A stretch of DNA of 64,000 bases from Acidiferrobacterales bacterium (GTDB taxonomy: Bacteria; Pseudomonadota; Gammaproteobacteria; Acidiferrobacterales; JAJDNE01), in the NCBI GenBank assembly GCA_022340825.1, contig JAJDNE010000009.1:10849-74848 (forward strand), given 5' to 3'. Shown here piece by piece: positions 20,367-29,893 of the stretch (the first letter of the stretch is position 1; each line of letters starts with the position of its first letter). Under the pieces are notes generated by a model. It saw only the letters and a list, made by a program, of their open reading frames with translations, was not told where the DNA came from and made no database searches. A program made the translations under genes and the position numbers.

Positions 20367-21215
20367 ATGAGCTCAAAACACAAGAAAAGCGGAAAAACAC
20401 TGGCCGACGCGGCCAATATCCACGACCTCTATCAGAATGCCGTGCAGGCACCTGAGGCCGATGTCGAATTCTTCATTGATACGTATAAAAAGCTGCGTGG
20501 CAAGCAAGCCCTGCTAATGCGCGAGGACTTCTGCGGCACTGCCTTGCTCTCGGTCGAGTGGTGTAAAACCGACCCCGCGCGCACTGCCATTGGTATCGAT
20601 CTCGACAAGCCAACGCTGGACTGGGGACAAGAACACAACATAGATGCTGCTGGCGGCGACATGAAGGAACGGGTAACACTGATCGAGGCCAACGTGCTCG
20701 ACAGCAATGCCAGCAAGGTCAAGGCCGACATCACCTGCGCGCTAAATTTCAGCTATAACATTTTCAAAACCCGCGATGCCTTGCGCGAGTATTTCGCTGC
20801 CGCTCACAAGGGTCTGAAAGAAGACGGTCTCTTTATTATCGATATGTTCGGTGGCACAGAAACCATGGATGAACTGGAAGAAGAGCGCGATGTCGATGAT
20901 GAGGACTTCACCTACATCTGGGATCAGGACAAGTTCAATCCCATCACTCATGAAATGCTTTGCTATATCCATTTCAAGTTCTCCGACGGCTCGAAGTTAA
21001 AAAAGGCTTTTACGTATGACTGGCGCCTGTGGACCATGCCCGAGGTGATCGAGCTGATGAAAGAAGCCGGTTTCAGCAAGGTGCGGGTCTTCTGGGAAGA
21101 ATTCGTCGACAGTGATGATGACGATGATGAAATGGAAGGTACCGGTAACTACGAAGAAGTGACCGAGCCGGAGAATCAGGAATCCTGGGTCAACTACATC
21201 GTCGCGGAATATTAG
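20367..21215 (+). CDS. Class I SAM-dependent methyltransferase with acidic C-terminal tail
   Basis: 282 aa, motif-I-like EDFCGTA, Rossmann-like alternation, DSDDDDDEMEG tail. Confidence 0.7.
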   Translation: MSSKHKKSGKTLADAANIHDLYQNAVQAPEADVEFFIDTYKKLRGKQALLMREDFCGTALLSVEWCKTDPARTAIGIDLDKPTLDWGQEHNIDAAGGDMKERVTLIEANVLDSNASKVKADITCALNFSYNIFKTRDALREYFAAAHKGLKEDGLFIIDMFGGTETMDELEEERDVDDEDFTYIWDQDKFNPITHEMLCYIHFKFSDGSKLKKAFTYDWRLWTMPEVIELMKEAGFSKVRVFWEEFVDSDDDDDEMEGTGNYEEVTEPENQESWVNYIVAEY

Positions 21216-21865
21216 GTCGGTCCGTTCTCACGGCCTTGAAACCAGCGCTTCATCAGCCAGTGGGTAGGCAGGAATATTATCAATGGTACCGCCAGCATAA
21301 ACAGGATCAAGTAGACCTGATCCGACATCCAGACCGGTGGTATCGGTCCAACACCATAGACCCAGTTAATATTTTGTTCTACATCACTTGCCAGATAGCT
21401 AACGGGTATGACGAACCAGGCAACCGCTGTCATCCAGACCAGGGCACGAGAGTCATAGCCGACACGATAAACCATCCAGACCAGCATCGGCGCAAGGAAG
21501 ACATGGAACAGGGACAAGGCGCGGACGAATAACGGCATCGACTGTTCAAACATGTAGCTGGTCGCATCGACACCCAACACATCCCGCCCTGAGAAAAGAT
21601 GTAACAGAAAGTCTGTATTCCAGACAATATCAGGGATCAATGTCACCAGCAGTGCCATGCTCGCCGGTAGCGCTGCATTTCTCCAAAGTGCAACCCACGT
21701 CAGGAGCAATGCGATATCACAACCCCAGAGGAAATTCTGCGGTCCGCGGTAGATCCAGTAGATGACAACCAAGATTGCCATAAACAGGGAATAGGTATAA
21801 ACCAGCCAGCGCGGAAAATCGGGTAACGCCGAATTGTCTTTGTATCCCGATGTGACCTGGTTCAT
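21212..21865 (-). CDS. Integral membrane protein, unknown function
   Basis: 217 aa with about 6 hydrophobic helices. Its stop overlaps the convergent methyltransferase stop by 4 nt. Confidence 0.6.
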   Translation of the reverse strand: MNQVTSGYKDNSALPDFPRWLVYTYSLFMAILVVIYWIYRGPQNFLWGCDIALLLTWVALWRNAALPASMALLVTLIPDIVWNTDFLLHLFSGRDVLGVDATSYMFEQSMPLFVRALSLFHVFLAPMLVWMVYRVGYDSRALVWMTAVAWFVIPVSYLASDVEQNINWVYGVGPIPPVWMSDQVYLILFMLAVPLIIFLPTHWLMKRWFQGRENGPT

Positions 21866-21939
21866 CTATCGCCATCCTGCCTATGCCGGGTACCAACCAG
21901 CATAAACACAACACGTTGAGATACCAACAACCGATACCG

Positions 21940-22515
21940 CTATCGGATTACTACGCGATCGTTTTCAATATCGATGCGTGCCAGTGCCACCACTGGCGCT
22001 TCAATTTCCCGCATGTGATCTCGACCGTGTTCGAACACCTTTTCGATGACGTAGCCAATGCCGCAGAGCGTAGCGCCGCTCTGCTCGACCAGGTCCAGCA
22101 TGGCTTCAGCGGTATCGCCGGTGCCGAGAAAATCATCGATGATCACCACGCGATCATCTGGGGAAAGATATTCGCCTGAGATATGAAGGGTCGCCAGTTC
22201 TCCCTTGGTATGACTGCGCGCGCTGGACTGATAGCAGTCGCCTACCAGTGTCACCGGCCGCTTCTTGCGGGCAAACACCATGGGCACTCCCAGCGCCTGG
22301 GCAGTTGTCAGTGCCGGGGCAATGCCGCTGGTCTCTGCGGTGACCACCTTGTTGACCGACGACGCGCCGCCCTCTAGCAGCAGGCGTGCCAGCTCCTTTC
22401 CGATCCCGGTCATCAGAATGGTGTCTATGCGATGGTTCAGAAAGCTGTCGAGCTTGACGATGCCATTTCCAAGATAGACTGCTTCCGCCAGTATGCGTTG
22501 ATCCAGTTCGTGCAT
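21940..22515 (-). CDS. xpt: Xanthine phosphoribosyltransferase
   Basis: 191 aa, collinear by eye with B. subtilis-type Xpt (KLDSFLNHRID, VTAETSGIAPA, VVIIDDFLGTGDT PRPP loop). Confidence 0.88.
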   Translation of the reverse strand: MHELDQRILAEAVYLGNGIVKLDSFLNHRIDTILMTGIGKELARLLLEGGASSVNKVVTAETSGIAPALTTAQALGVPMVFARKKRPVTLVGDCYQSSARSHTKGELATLHISGEYLSPDDRVVIIDDFLGTGDTAEAMLDLVEQSGATLCGIGYVIEKVFEHGRDHMREIEAPVVALARIDIENDRVVIR

Positions 22516-22535
22516 ACCGACGCGACTGCCGATCT

Positions 22536-23198
22536 CTATGCCGTGCCGAGGTGCTGGCTGAACCAGTCACACGCCAGGCTCGCAGCCTGATCCAGTGTGC
22601 CGGGCTCTTCGAACAGATGCGTGGCACCGGGTACAATTTCCAGCTGCCGGGTACATTGCAAAGCTGCGTAGGCACTCTGGTTCAGCTCGATGACAACGTC
22701 ATCGTAACCGCCAACAATCAGCAGTGTCGGCGCCTGCACCCGGGCCAGGTCTGTCTCGCCGGCCATATCGGGTCGACCTCCCCGGGAGACCACGGCACCA
22801 ATCCTGTCACCGAGTTCGGCTGCTGCCTTCAATGCGGCCGCGGCACCGGTGCTGGCACCAAAATAACCGATAGCCATATTCGCCAGGGCCTCCTGTGTCG
22901 AAAGCCAATGGGTGACTTCGATCAAACGATTCGTCAGCCGCGGGATATCAAACCGGTTTTCATACACCCGGTCCTCATCTTCGGTCAGCAGATCAAACAG
23001 CAGGGTGGCGATGCCGCGAGCACGAATGAGCTCGGCCACGTAATTGTTGCGCCGACTGTGTCGACTGCTGCCGCTGCCGTGGGCAAAAACGACAATGGCT
23101 TTCGCAGATGGTGGAATACCCAGCAATCCCATGTGCACTCGCCCGCCAATGGGAATCTCGATATCGGTGACACCGGAAGCAGCCATTGCGTCGCTCAT
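22536..23198 (-). CDS. Dienelactone-hydrolase-like alpha/beta hydrolase
   Basis: 220 aa, VVFAHGSGSSRHS, nucleophile elbow GASTG, GATHLF histidine. Overlaps the upstream PRTase stop by 4 nt. Confidence 0.8.
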   Translation of the reverse strand: MSDAMAASGVTDIEIPIGGRVHMGLLGIPPSAKAIVVFAHGSGSSRHSRRNNYVAELIRARGIATLLFDLLTEDEDRVYENRFDIPRLTNRLIEVTHWLSTQEALANMAIGYFGASTGAAAALKAAAELGDRIGAVVSRGGRPDMAGETDLARVQAPTLLIVGGYDDVVIELNQSAYAALQCTRQLEIVPGATHLFEEPGTLDQAASLACDWFSQHLGTA

Positions 23199-23881
23199 GA
23201 TTGTTTCAAAAATCCACGATCGTCGAGTTGCTTCATCATCTCAAGCACTTCCTGATCACTAACCTGGCTGAAGTTGTCATAGTAGGCACCGACTGCACCC
23301 ATGTAGTGGGCATCGATCGACAAGGCAACGACATCATCAACCTCTTGCGCCAGCAATGATGCCGTGTCTTCTGGTACGACCGGGATGGCGACGACAACAT
23401 GGGCTGCTTTACGGGCCCGCATGTCCTTGACCGCGGCGCGCATGGTCAGGCCCGTGGCGATGCCATCATCCACGAGAATCGCGGTTTTGCCCTCGATTAC
23501 CGCCGGCGACCTGCCGGCCAGGTACAGTTCTCGTCGGCGTCGGGATTCCTCGCGCTCCTCCGCCACGCGTTGCTCGAACCACTCCTTGTCCGCGCGCGCC
23601 AGTTCGCGCTCGTTGCAGACAGTCTCGCCGGTCTCGGCGACGGCACAGATGGCATATTCCGGATTGTATGGATGACCGATTTTGCGCGGGATCACCAGGT
23701 CCAGTGGCATGTTAAGCGCACGTGCAAGCTCAAGCCCTAGTGGTACGCCGCCTCGCGGAAGTGGATAGACAACGCAGTCCGTCCCCTTGTATTTTTCGGC
23801 TACCAGTTCGGCAAGCTGTTTCCCGGCGTCGATGCGGTCATGAAAGCGCATGGGTGTACCCGGCTCAAATCGCGGTGGCAT
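23195..23881 (-). CDS. Orphan phosphoribosyltransferase-family protein (paralog 1)
   Basis: 228 aa, FHDRIDAGKQLA, PRGGVPLG, AILVDDGIATGLT PRPP-binding loop. Start could be the internal MRFHDR at 23851. Confidence 0.8.
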   Translation of the reverse strand: MPPRFEPGTPMRFHDRIDAGKQLAELVAEKYKGTDCVVYPLPRGGVPLGLELARALNMPLDLVIPRKIGHPYNPEYAICAVAETGETVCNERELARADKEWFEQRVAEEREESRRRRELYLAGRSPAVIEGKTAILVDDGIATGLTMRAAVKDMRARKAAHVVVAIPVVPEDTASLLAQEVDDVVALSIDAHYMGAVGAYYDNFSQVSDQEVLEMMKQLDDRGFLKQS

Positions 23882-23895
23882 CCCGAACGATCGCG

Positions 23896-24249
23896 CTAAT
23901 CATATTGCGCATGGGTCTTGACGTCGCCACGCTGCTTACGCACGTAATCCTGCAACTGGCGTTTGGCTGCCTCGAACGAATCACGAATGGAAACATAAAT
24001 GTCTTCGTGTGCCGAATGCTTGGCCGGATCACGCTTTACCACAATCTCGGCACCTGGCGCGGTGATATCAATGCTAATGTGGTACAGCTTGCCCTTATGC
24101 TGATGGCCATGCGGCACCTCGATCACAACACGACATGACATGATGTGATCACAGAATTGATCCAGTTTTTCAGCATGTTCGCGGATCGATGTTTCAATGG
24201 CATCAGACTGATCCATATTTCGCCAGGTGATTTGTAATGGTAACTTCAT
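23896..24249 (-). CDS. hpf: Ribosome hibernation factor, HPF/RaiA (S30AE) family, short form
   Basis: 117 aa with the beta-alpha-beta-beta-beta-alpha pattern: LQITWRNMDQSDAIETSIREHAEKL...VVIE...ISIDITAPGAEIVV...DIYVSIRDSFEAAKRQLQDY. Confidence 0.75.
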   Translation of the reverse strand: MKLPLQITWRNMDQSDAIETSIREHAEKLDQFCDHIMSCRVVIEVPHGHQHKGKLYHISIDITAPGAEIVVKRDPAKHSAHEDIYVSIRDSFEAAKRQLQDYVRKQRGDVKTHAQYD

Positions 24250-24270
24250 CCCGCCCTCCTGTTGTGGGTA

Positions 24271-24510
24271 CTATTTTTCATAGCAGGAACCTTCACGTAT
24301 CCAGACGCCGCGTTCTTCACAGCGCAACAACTCGTTTCCGCTACAGACATAGGCGCCGATATCAAAGGTTTCGTTGTTAAAAAAGCAAACGCCTTCCTCG
24401 AGCTCGACATCCAGATCAAGTTCATCACTGCTGCTTTCATCAAAAATCGGGGAATTGCGTAATTCGGGATCGGGTGCGCCGACATCGGGGGCCTTACCTA
24501 ATTCAGACAT
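24271..24510 (-). CDS. Small acidic protein with a C-terminal 4-Cys module (C-x13-C-x7-C-x11-C), unknown function
   Basis: 79 aa, AAGGAAAC SD-like sequence 8 nt upstream. First gene after the predicted FNR-type promoter. The alternative-frame ORF 24246..24485 looks non-coding. Confidence 0.5.
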   Translation of the reverse strand: MSELGKAPDVGAPDPELRNSPIFDESSSDELDLDVELEEGVCFFNNETFDIGAYVCSGNELLRCEERGVWIREGSCYEK

Positions 24511-24577
24511 ATATTGTTTCCTTGTACTGTTTATTTAGCTAACAAATACATTACACCGCCTGTTAGCGGTGGCCGCA

Positions 24578-24591
24578 TTGATCTGGCTCAA
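24578..24591 (-). promoter_or_regulatory. FNR/CRP-family box 1 (TTGATctggCTCAA), 9/10 to TTGAT-N4-ATCAA
   Basis: Centre lies 74.5 bp upstream of the ATG at 24510. With the centre set at -41.5, TGTAAT (minus strand, 24550-24555) falls exactly at -12..-7. Confidence 0.5.
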
Positions 24592-24605
24592 GACTTGATG
24601 AAAGG

Positions 24606-25181
24606 CTAGCGGGAAATGGAAACCGTGGAATATCGGTCGACTTGCACATCCGTAGACCAGAAATCCACTGGCAGGCCGGCTTTACGCTTTAGCTGCTGGA
24701 GAAATTCACGCGCATCAGGCAGGGATTCCCATACCGATGGCAGGAAGGTACCACGCTGCATACCCAGCGACAGGATCAGGCCGTCTACCCCCGGCTGCAA
24801 TTGCTCAATCAGGTCCGCCTCGGAATGAAAGCTCATCGGGGTCGCGGGCGTCAGGACCGAAATATGGATATCGAGCTGCGGCAGATCCCTGGCGGTAACA
24901 GGAGCAAACCTGGGATCGCGGAAGGCCGCACTGCGGGCATTGCTGCTGACATCCACCACCAGTGGCTGCCGTGCCTCCAGCGAGCCAATACAACCACGCA
25001 AGTTTCCCGATTGGTTGAGTGTCACAAAACTGGCGCCGTTTTCACCGAGCACGCCGTCGTAGTGGATCGCACTGATTCTGGCGCGCTCGCCATGAAGGCC
25101 CCGTTCGATAGATTCTCGCGCAAGCCATAACAGCGTTTCCCGCTGCGCCGGGTTAAAATCGAATTTTTCAGTGGAAGACAT
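24606..25181 (-). CDS. AmmeMemoRadiSam system protein A (AMMECR1 domain)
   Basis: LRGCIGSLEA AMMECR1 signature. Start at MSSTEKFD (25181) preferred over the ORF-track start at 25244, which would overlap the upstream gene by 77 nt. Confidence 0.85.
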   Translation of the reverse strand: MSSTEKFDFNPAQRETLLWLARESIERGLHGERARISAIHYDGVLGENGASFVTLNQSGNLRGCIGSLEARQPLVVDVSSNARSAAFRDPRFAPVTARDLPQLDIHISVLTPATPMSFHSEADLIEQLQPGVDGLILSLGMQRGTFLPSVWESLPDAREFLQQLKRKAGLPVDFWSTDVQVDRYSTVSISR

Positions 25182-25980
25182 ACGCTCCGTAGCCAACGAC
25201 CTGGTTCCGCGGCCCGGCAGTATCCCCGGAGTTCCGCAGATCAATCGTCTTTCCCTTCAGTCCGCGCTTGCGGGCCTGTAGCAGCAGACCGCTCACCGGC
25301 GTACGCCCGCAGGCCTGATCAAAATGAATTTCGTCATAGGCAAGGTGTTCGATTGCCAGGGACGTCGCGCTGTCCATTTGCCGGGCTGTCTGATAGTCGT
25401 GGTAATGGCTTAGATCCGAACTGATAACGATCAGGGTTTCCGGTCCACCCCACAGTCGCTCCAGTACTTCTGCCACTTCTTCTGCGCTGGCATCCCCGAC
25501 AACCAGTGGTACCAGCTGGAAATCCGCTAATACCGACTGCAAGAATGGCAGATGCACTTCGAGGCTGTGTTCCAGGGTATGGGCGTCATCGAACACGCGC
25601 ACTTGTGGCAAACCGCGGATTTGTTCCACCGCCTCACGATCTATCTCGATCTTCCCCAGCGGTGTGGCAAAGGCGTCACTCGCTGGTAATGCCAACCCAT
25701 GCACCGGGACCCGATGGGCCGGGCCGAGCAGGACTACCCGGGAGATGACGGAACTTGCTTGTCGGAGACTGGCATAGGCACTGGCGGCGACCGGCCCCGA
25801 ATAAATGTACCCGGCATGCGGTGCAATGATGGCCTTTGGTGGGCTATCGGAAGCGATTGCCGGATCGACGTCGGCAAGCATTTGCTCGACCATGGAACGC
25901 AGCTCCTGCGCATTCGCAGGGTAAAACATGCCCGCAACAGCAGGTGATCTGATCTGAGACAAAGCGGCACTCCCGAACAT
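25168..25980 (-). CDS. AmmeMemoRadiSam system protein B (Memo/MEMO1-like)
   Basis: 270 aa, AGMFYPANAQEL, IIAPHAGYIYSGPVAA, SSDLSHYH motifs typical of the Memo family. Confidence 0.85.
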   Translation of the reverse strand: MFGSAALSQIRSPAVAGMFYPANAQELRSMVEQMLADVDPAIASDSPPKAIIAPHAGYIYSGPVAASAYASLRQASSVISRVVLLGPAHRVPVHGLALPASDAFATPLGKIEIDREAVEQIRGLPQVRVFDDAHTLEHSLEVHLPFLQSVLADFQLVPLVVGDASAEEVAEVLERLWGGPETLIVISSDLSHYHDYQTARQMDSATSLAIEHLAYDEIHFDQACGRTPVSGLLLQARKRGLKGKTIDLRNSGDTAGPRNQVVGYGAYVFH

Positions 25981-26103
25981 CGTGTATCTCTATATAAATG
26001 ATGCGGGCGGCACCGGATTTCAAGCCTTTATTGATTTGCCGACGGAATGTCCGCATTTACTGTCTATCTGCGCACAAAACCGGCACTGACCGGCCTGAAA
26101 AAC

Positions 26104-27201
26104 ATGACTGAATTTATCACCGACACGGTCGTCAAAACGAAATACTGGCACACGCTTAGTGACGGCCGTGTCCAGTGCGACCTCTGCCCGCGCGAATGCA
26201 AAATGCACGATGGCCAGCAAGGCCTCTGTTATGTACGCGAGAACCGGGGTGGCGAGGTGGTGCTGACCACCTACGGGCGTTCCAGCGGTTTCTGCATCGA
26301 TCCGATTGAAAAGAAACCGTTGAATCATTTCCTGCCCGGCACACCTGTACTGTCTTTCGGCACTGCCGGTTGCAACCTGGCTTGCAAGTTTTGCCAGAAC
26401 TGGGACATCAGTAAATCGCGCGAAATGGATACGTTGGCTGATGACGCCTCACCACAAACCATCGCCCGGGCAGCCAAGGCCCATGGTGCACGCAGTGTCG
26501 CCTACACCTATAACGATCCGACCATCTTTCACGAATATGCCATCGATGTCGCCCAGGCCTGTCGTGACGAAGGCATCAAGAATGTCGCCGTCAGTGCCGG
26601 CTACGTATTGCCGGAACCTCGTGCGGAATTTTACGCACACATGGATGCGGCCAATATTGATCTCAAAGGCTTCACCGATGAGTTCTACTTCAAGCTTACC
26701 GGCGCGCACTTGCAGCCGGTACTGGATACACTGAAATACATCAAACACGAGACCAGCGTCTGGCTCGAGACCACCACCCTGCTGATACCGGGCAAAAACG
26801 ATTCGGACGATGAACTGAACGAGATGACTCAGTGGGTAGTCGAGAACCTGGGGCCAGACATGCCGATGCACTTCAGTGCGTTTCATCCGGACTGGAAAAT
26901 GATGGATATCCCGCCGACCCCCGCAGCGACACTCACCCGGGCGCGTGACATCGCCATGAAAAATGGTGTGCGCTATGCCTATGTCGGCAATGTCCACGAT
27001 CCAGCGGCGGACAGTACCTGGTGTCATCAGTGTGGCGAAAAACTGATTGGCCGTGACTGGTATGTGTTGAGCGACTGGAATATCACTGCCGATGGCAAGT
27101 GCAAAAACTGTCAGGCACCGGTCGCCGGCGTATTCGAGGAAAAACCCGGTGACTGGGGTGCGCGCCGGCAACCCGTGCGCCTGCACAATTTCGCCGCTTG
27201 A
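26104..27201 (+). CDS. AmmeMemoRadiSam system radical SAM enzyme
   Basis: GCNLACKFCQNW (CxxxCxxC) radical-SAM cluster, N-terminal CDLCPRECK and C-terminal CHQC...CKNC Cys pairs. Start at MTEFITD (26104) preferred over 26047. Confidence 0.85.
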   Translation: MTEFITDTVVKTKYWHTLSDGRVQCDLCPRECKMHDGQQGLCYVRENRGGEVVLTTYGRSSGFCIDPIEKKPLNHFLPGTPVLSFGTAGCNLACKFCQNWDISKSREMDTLADDASPQTIARAAKAHGARSVAYTYNDPTIFHEYAIDVAQACRDEGIKNVAVSAGYVLPEPRAEFYAHMDAANIDLKGFTDEFYFKLTGAHLQPVLDTLKYIKHETSVWLETTTLLIPGKNDSDDELNEMTQWVVENLGPDMPMHFSAFHPDWKMMDIPPTPAATLTRARDIAMKNGVRYAYVGNVHDPAADSTWCHQCGEKLIGRDWYVLSDWNITADGKCKNCQAPVAGVFEEKPGDWGARRQPVRLHNFAA

Positions 27202-27211
27202 TGCTGGTCAA
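27198..27211 (+). promoter_or_regulatory. FNR/CRP-family box 2 (TTGATgctgGTCAA), 9/10 to consensus
   Basis: Overlaps the radical-SAM stop codon. Centre is exactly 41.5 bp upstream of the ATG at 27246. Extended -10-like TGcTACATA at 27231-27239. Confidence 0.45.
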
Positions 27212-27245
27212 TAAGCCCTAGACCCGCAAGTGCTACATATCCCCT

Positions 27246-27932
27246 ATGTGGCACCCTCCCGCAAACGTCACCGAAGACCCGGCACTGCACAATCGCGGCC
27301 CGGTATTTACCGATCGAATCGACGCCGGTAAGCAGCTGGCAGCACTGTTATCTGGCCGACATAAAAGCGATGCCATTGTCTGCGCCATCCCCGCGGGCGG
27401 CGTACCCGTCGGAATTACCGTTGCACGGGAACTGGCACTCACATTCGATGTGCTGGTGGTTAGCAAAATGACCCTGCCCTGGAATTCAGAGGCAGGCTTC
27501 GGCGCCATGACAACCGATGGCACCAGCATGCTCAATCGGGCGCTGATCGACGCGATCGGCCTGGATAAGAACGCGATCAACGACGCCACTGATTCAACTC
27601 GAGCCAAAGTCCTGCGTCGGGAAAAACACTACCGGGAGATCATTGGCAAACAGGACATGACCAACCGGGAGGTCATCCTTGTTGATGATGGACTTGCCTC
27701 CGGCTTTACCCTGCGTGTCGCCATTGAATCCGCCAGATCGCAAAAGGCGAAACATGTTGTCGTTGCTGTCCCCACCGGCCATAGTGCGTCAGTCGAGTTG
27801 ATCGCCGCGGAGTGTGACTGGCTGGTTTGCGCCAACGTGCGCGAAGGTATGCGTTTCGCGGTGGCCGACGCCTATCAGCAATGGACGGATGTCAGCGAGG
27901 GTGAAGTCGTGCAATTACTGGAACAGGTGTAA
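27246..27932 (+). CDS. Orphan phosphoribosyltransferase-family protein (paralog 2)
   Basis: 228 aa, FTDRIDAGKQLA, PAGGVPVG, VILVDDGLASGFT PRPP loop; collinear with paralog 1. Confidence 0.8.
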   Translation: MWHPPANVTEDPALHNRGPVFTDRIDAGKQLAALLSGRHKSDAIVCAIPAGGVPVGITVARELALTFDVLVVSKMTLPWNSEAGFGAMTTDGTSMLNRALIDAIGLDKNAINDATDSTRAKVLRREKHYREIIGKQDMTNREVILVDDGLASGFTLRVAIESARSQKAKHVVVAVPTGHSASVELIAAECDWLVCANVREGMRFAVADAYQQWTDVSEGEVVQLLEQV

Positions 27933-28360
27933 TGACGCAATCCGCTGCTTACTGGGAACATTTTGACCACGAAGCCGACATCGGTGTACGCGGTGTTGGC
28001 CCGACACTTGCCCAGGCGTTTGAACAGGCTGCACTGGCCATGAGCGCGGTAATCACACCGCTGGAAAATATCGATACCAGGCAGGCTATCACGATCGAGT
28101 GCACTGGCGATGATCCGGAGGTGCTTCTGGTAGATTGGTTGAACGCGCTGGTGTATGAAATGGCGACGCGCAATATGCTGTTCGGCCGATATGCCGTTCA
28201 GATAGAAAGCGGCACACTAACTGCCACCGCCTGGGGTGAACCCGTTGACGTGCAAAAACACCAGCCCGCCGTTGAAATCAAGGGCGCTACCTATACTGCC
28301 CTGCGTGTCACTAAAACAGGAGACGGTTCGTGGATCGCCGAAACCGTGGTCGACGTCTGA
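27932..28360 (+). CDS. Archease (RtcB activator/chaperone family)
   Basis: 142 aa, WEHFDHEADIGVRGVG (HxAD motif), C-terminal IKGATYTAL. ATG overlaps the PRTase TAA (taATGa). Confidence 0.85.
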   Translation: MTQSAAYWEHFDHEADIGVRGVGPTLAQAFEQAALAMSAVITPLENIDTRQAITIECTGDDPEVLLVDWLNALVYEMATRNMLFGRYAVQIESGTLTATAWGEPVDVQKHQPAVEIKGATYTALRVTKTGDGSWIAETVVDV

Positions 28361-28372
28361 CAGGAAACGAAT

Positions 28373-29803
<1,431 letters not shown>

Positions 29804-29820
29804 CTCGACGTGTGTGATAT

Positions 29821-29834
29821 CTGATTGATATCAA
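29821..29834 (+). promoter_or_regulatory. FNR/CRP-family box 3 (CTGATtgatATCAA), 9/10 to consensus
   Basis: Centre lies 66.5 bp upstream of the nrdJ ATG. TATAGT at 29858-29863 falls at -11..-6 if the centre is -41.5. Embedded in the 12-bp palindrome ATTGATATCAAT (29824-29835), with a TGATATC direct repeat at 29815 and 29826. Confidence 0.5.
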
Positions 29835-29893
29835 TACTTATTAATACCTGTTTCCACTATAGTTATATCGACTGAGTACTTGCTGGCTAATCC

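Noticed and set aside
24246-24485. 79-aa ORF in an alternative frame overlapping the small 4-Cys gene
   Set aside because: It has no SD, a hydrophobic/odd composition, and would overlap the hpf start. The 24271-24510 frame has an SD and sits correctly behind the predicted promoter.
29851-29870. Possible NrdR box (CCACTATAGTTATATC) upstream of nrdJ
   Set aside because: Only about 9/16 match to the remembered NrdR palindrome, and no second box at about 31-bp spacing. The TATAGT is better explained as the -10 of the FNR-type promoter.
29804-29893. Cobalamin riboswitch in the nrdJ leader
   Set aside because: The 90-bp gap is far too short for a B12 element, and no B12-box-like sequence was seen.
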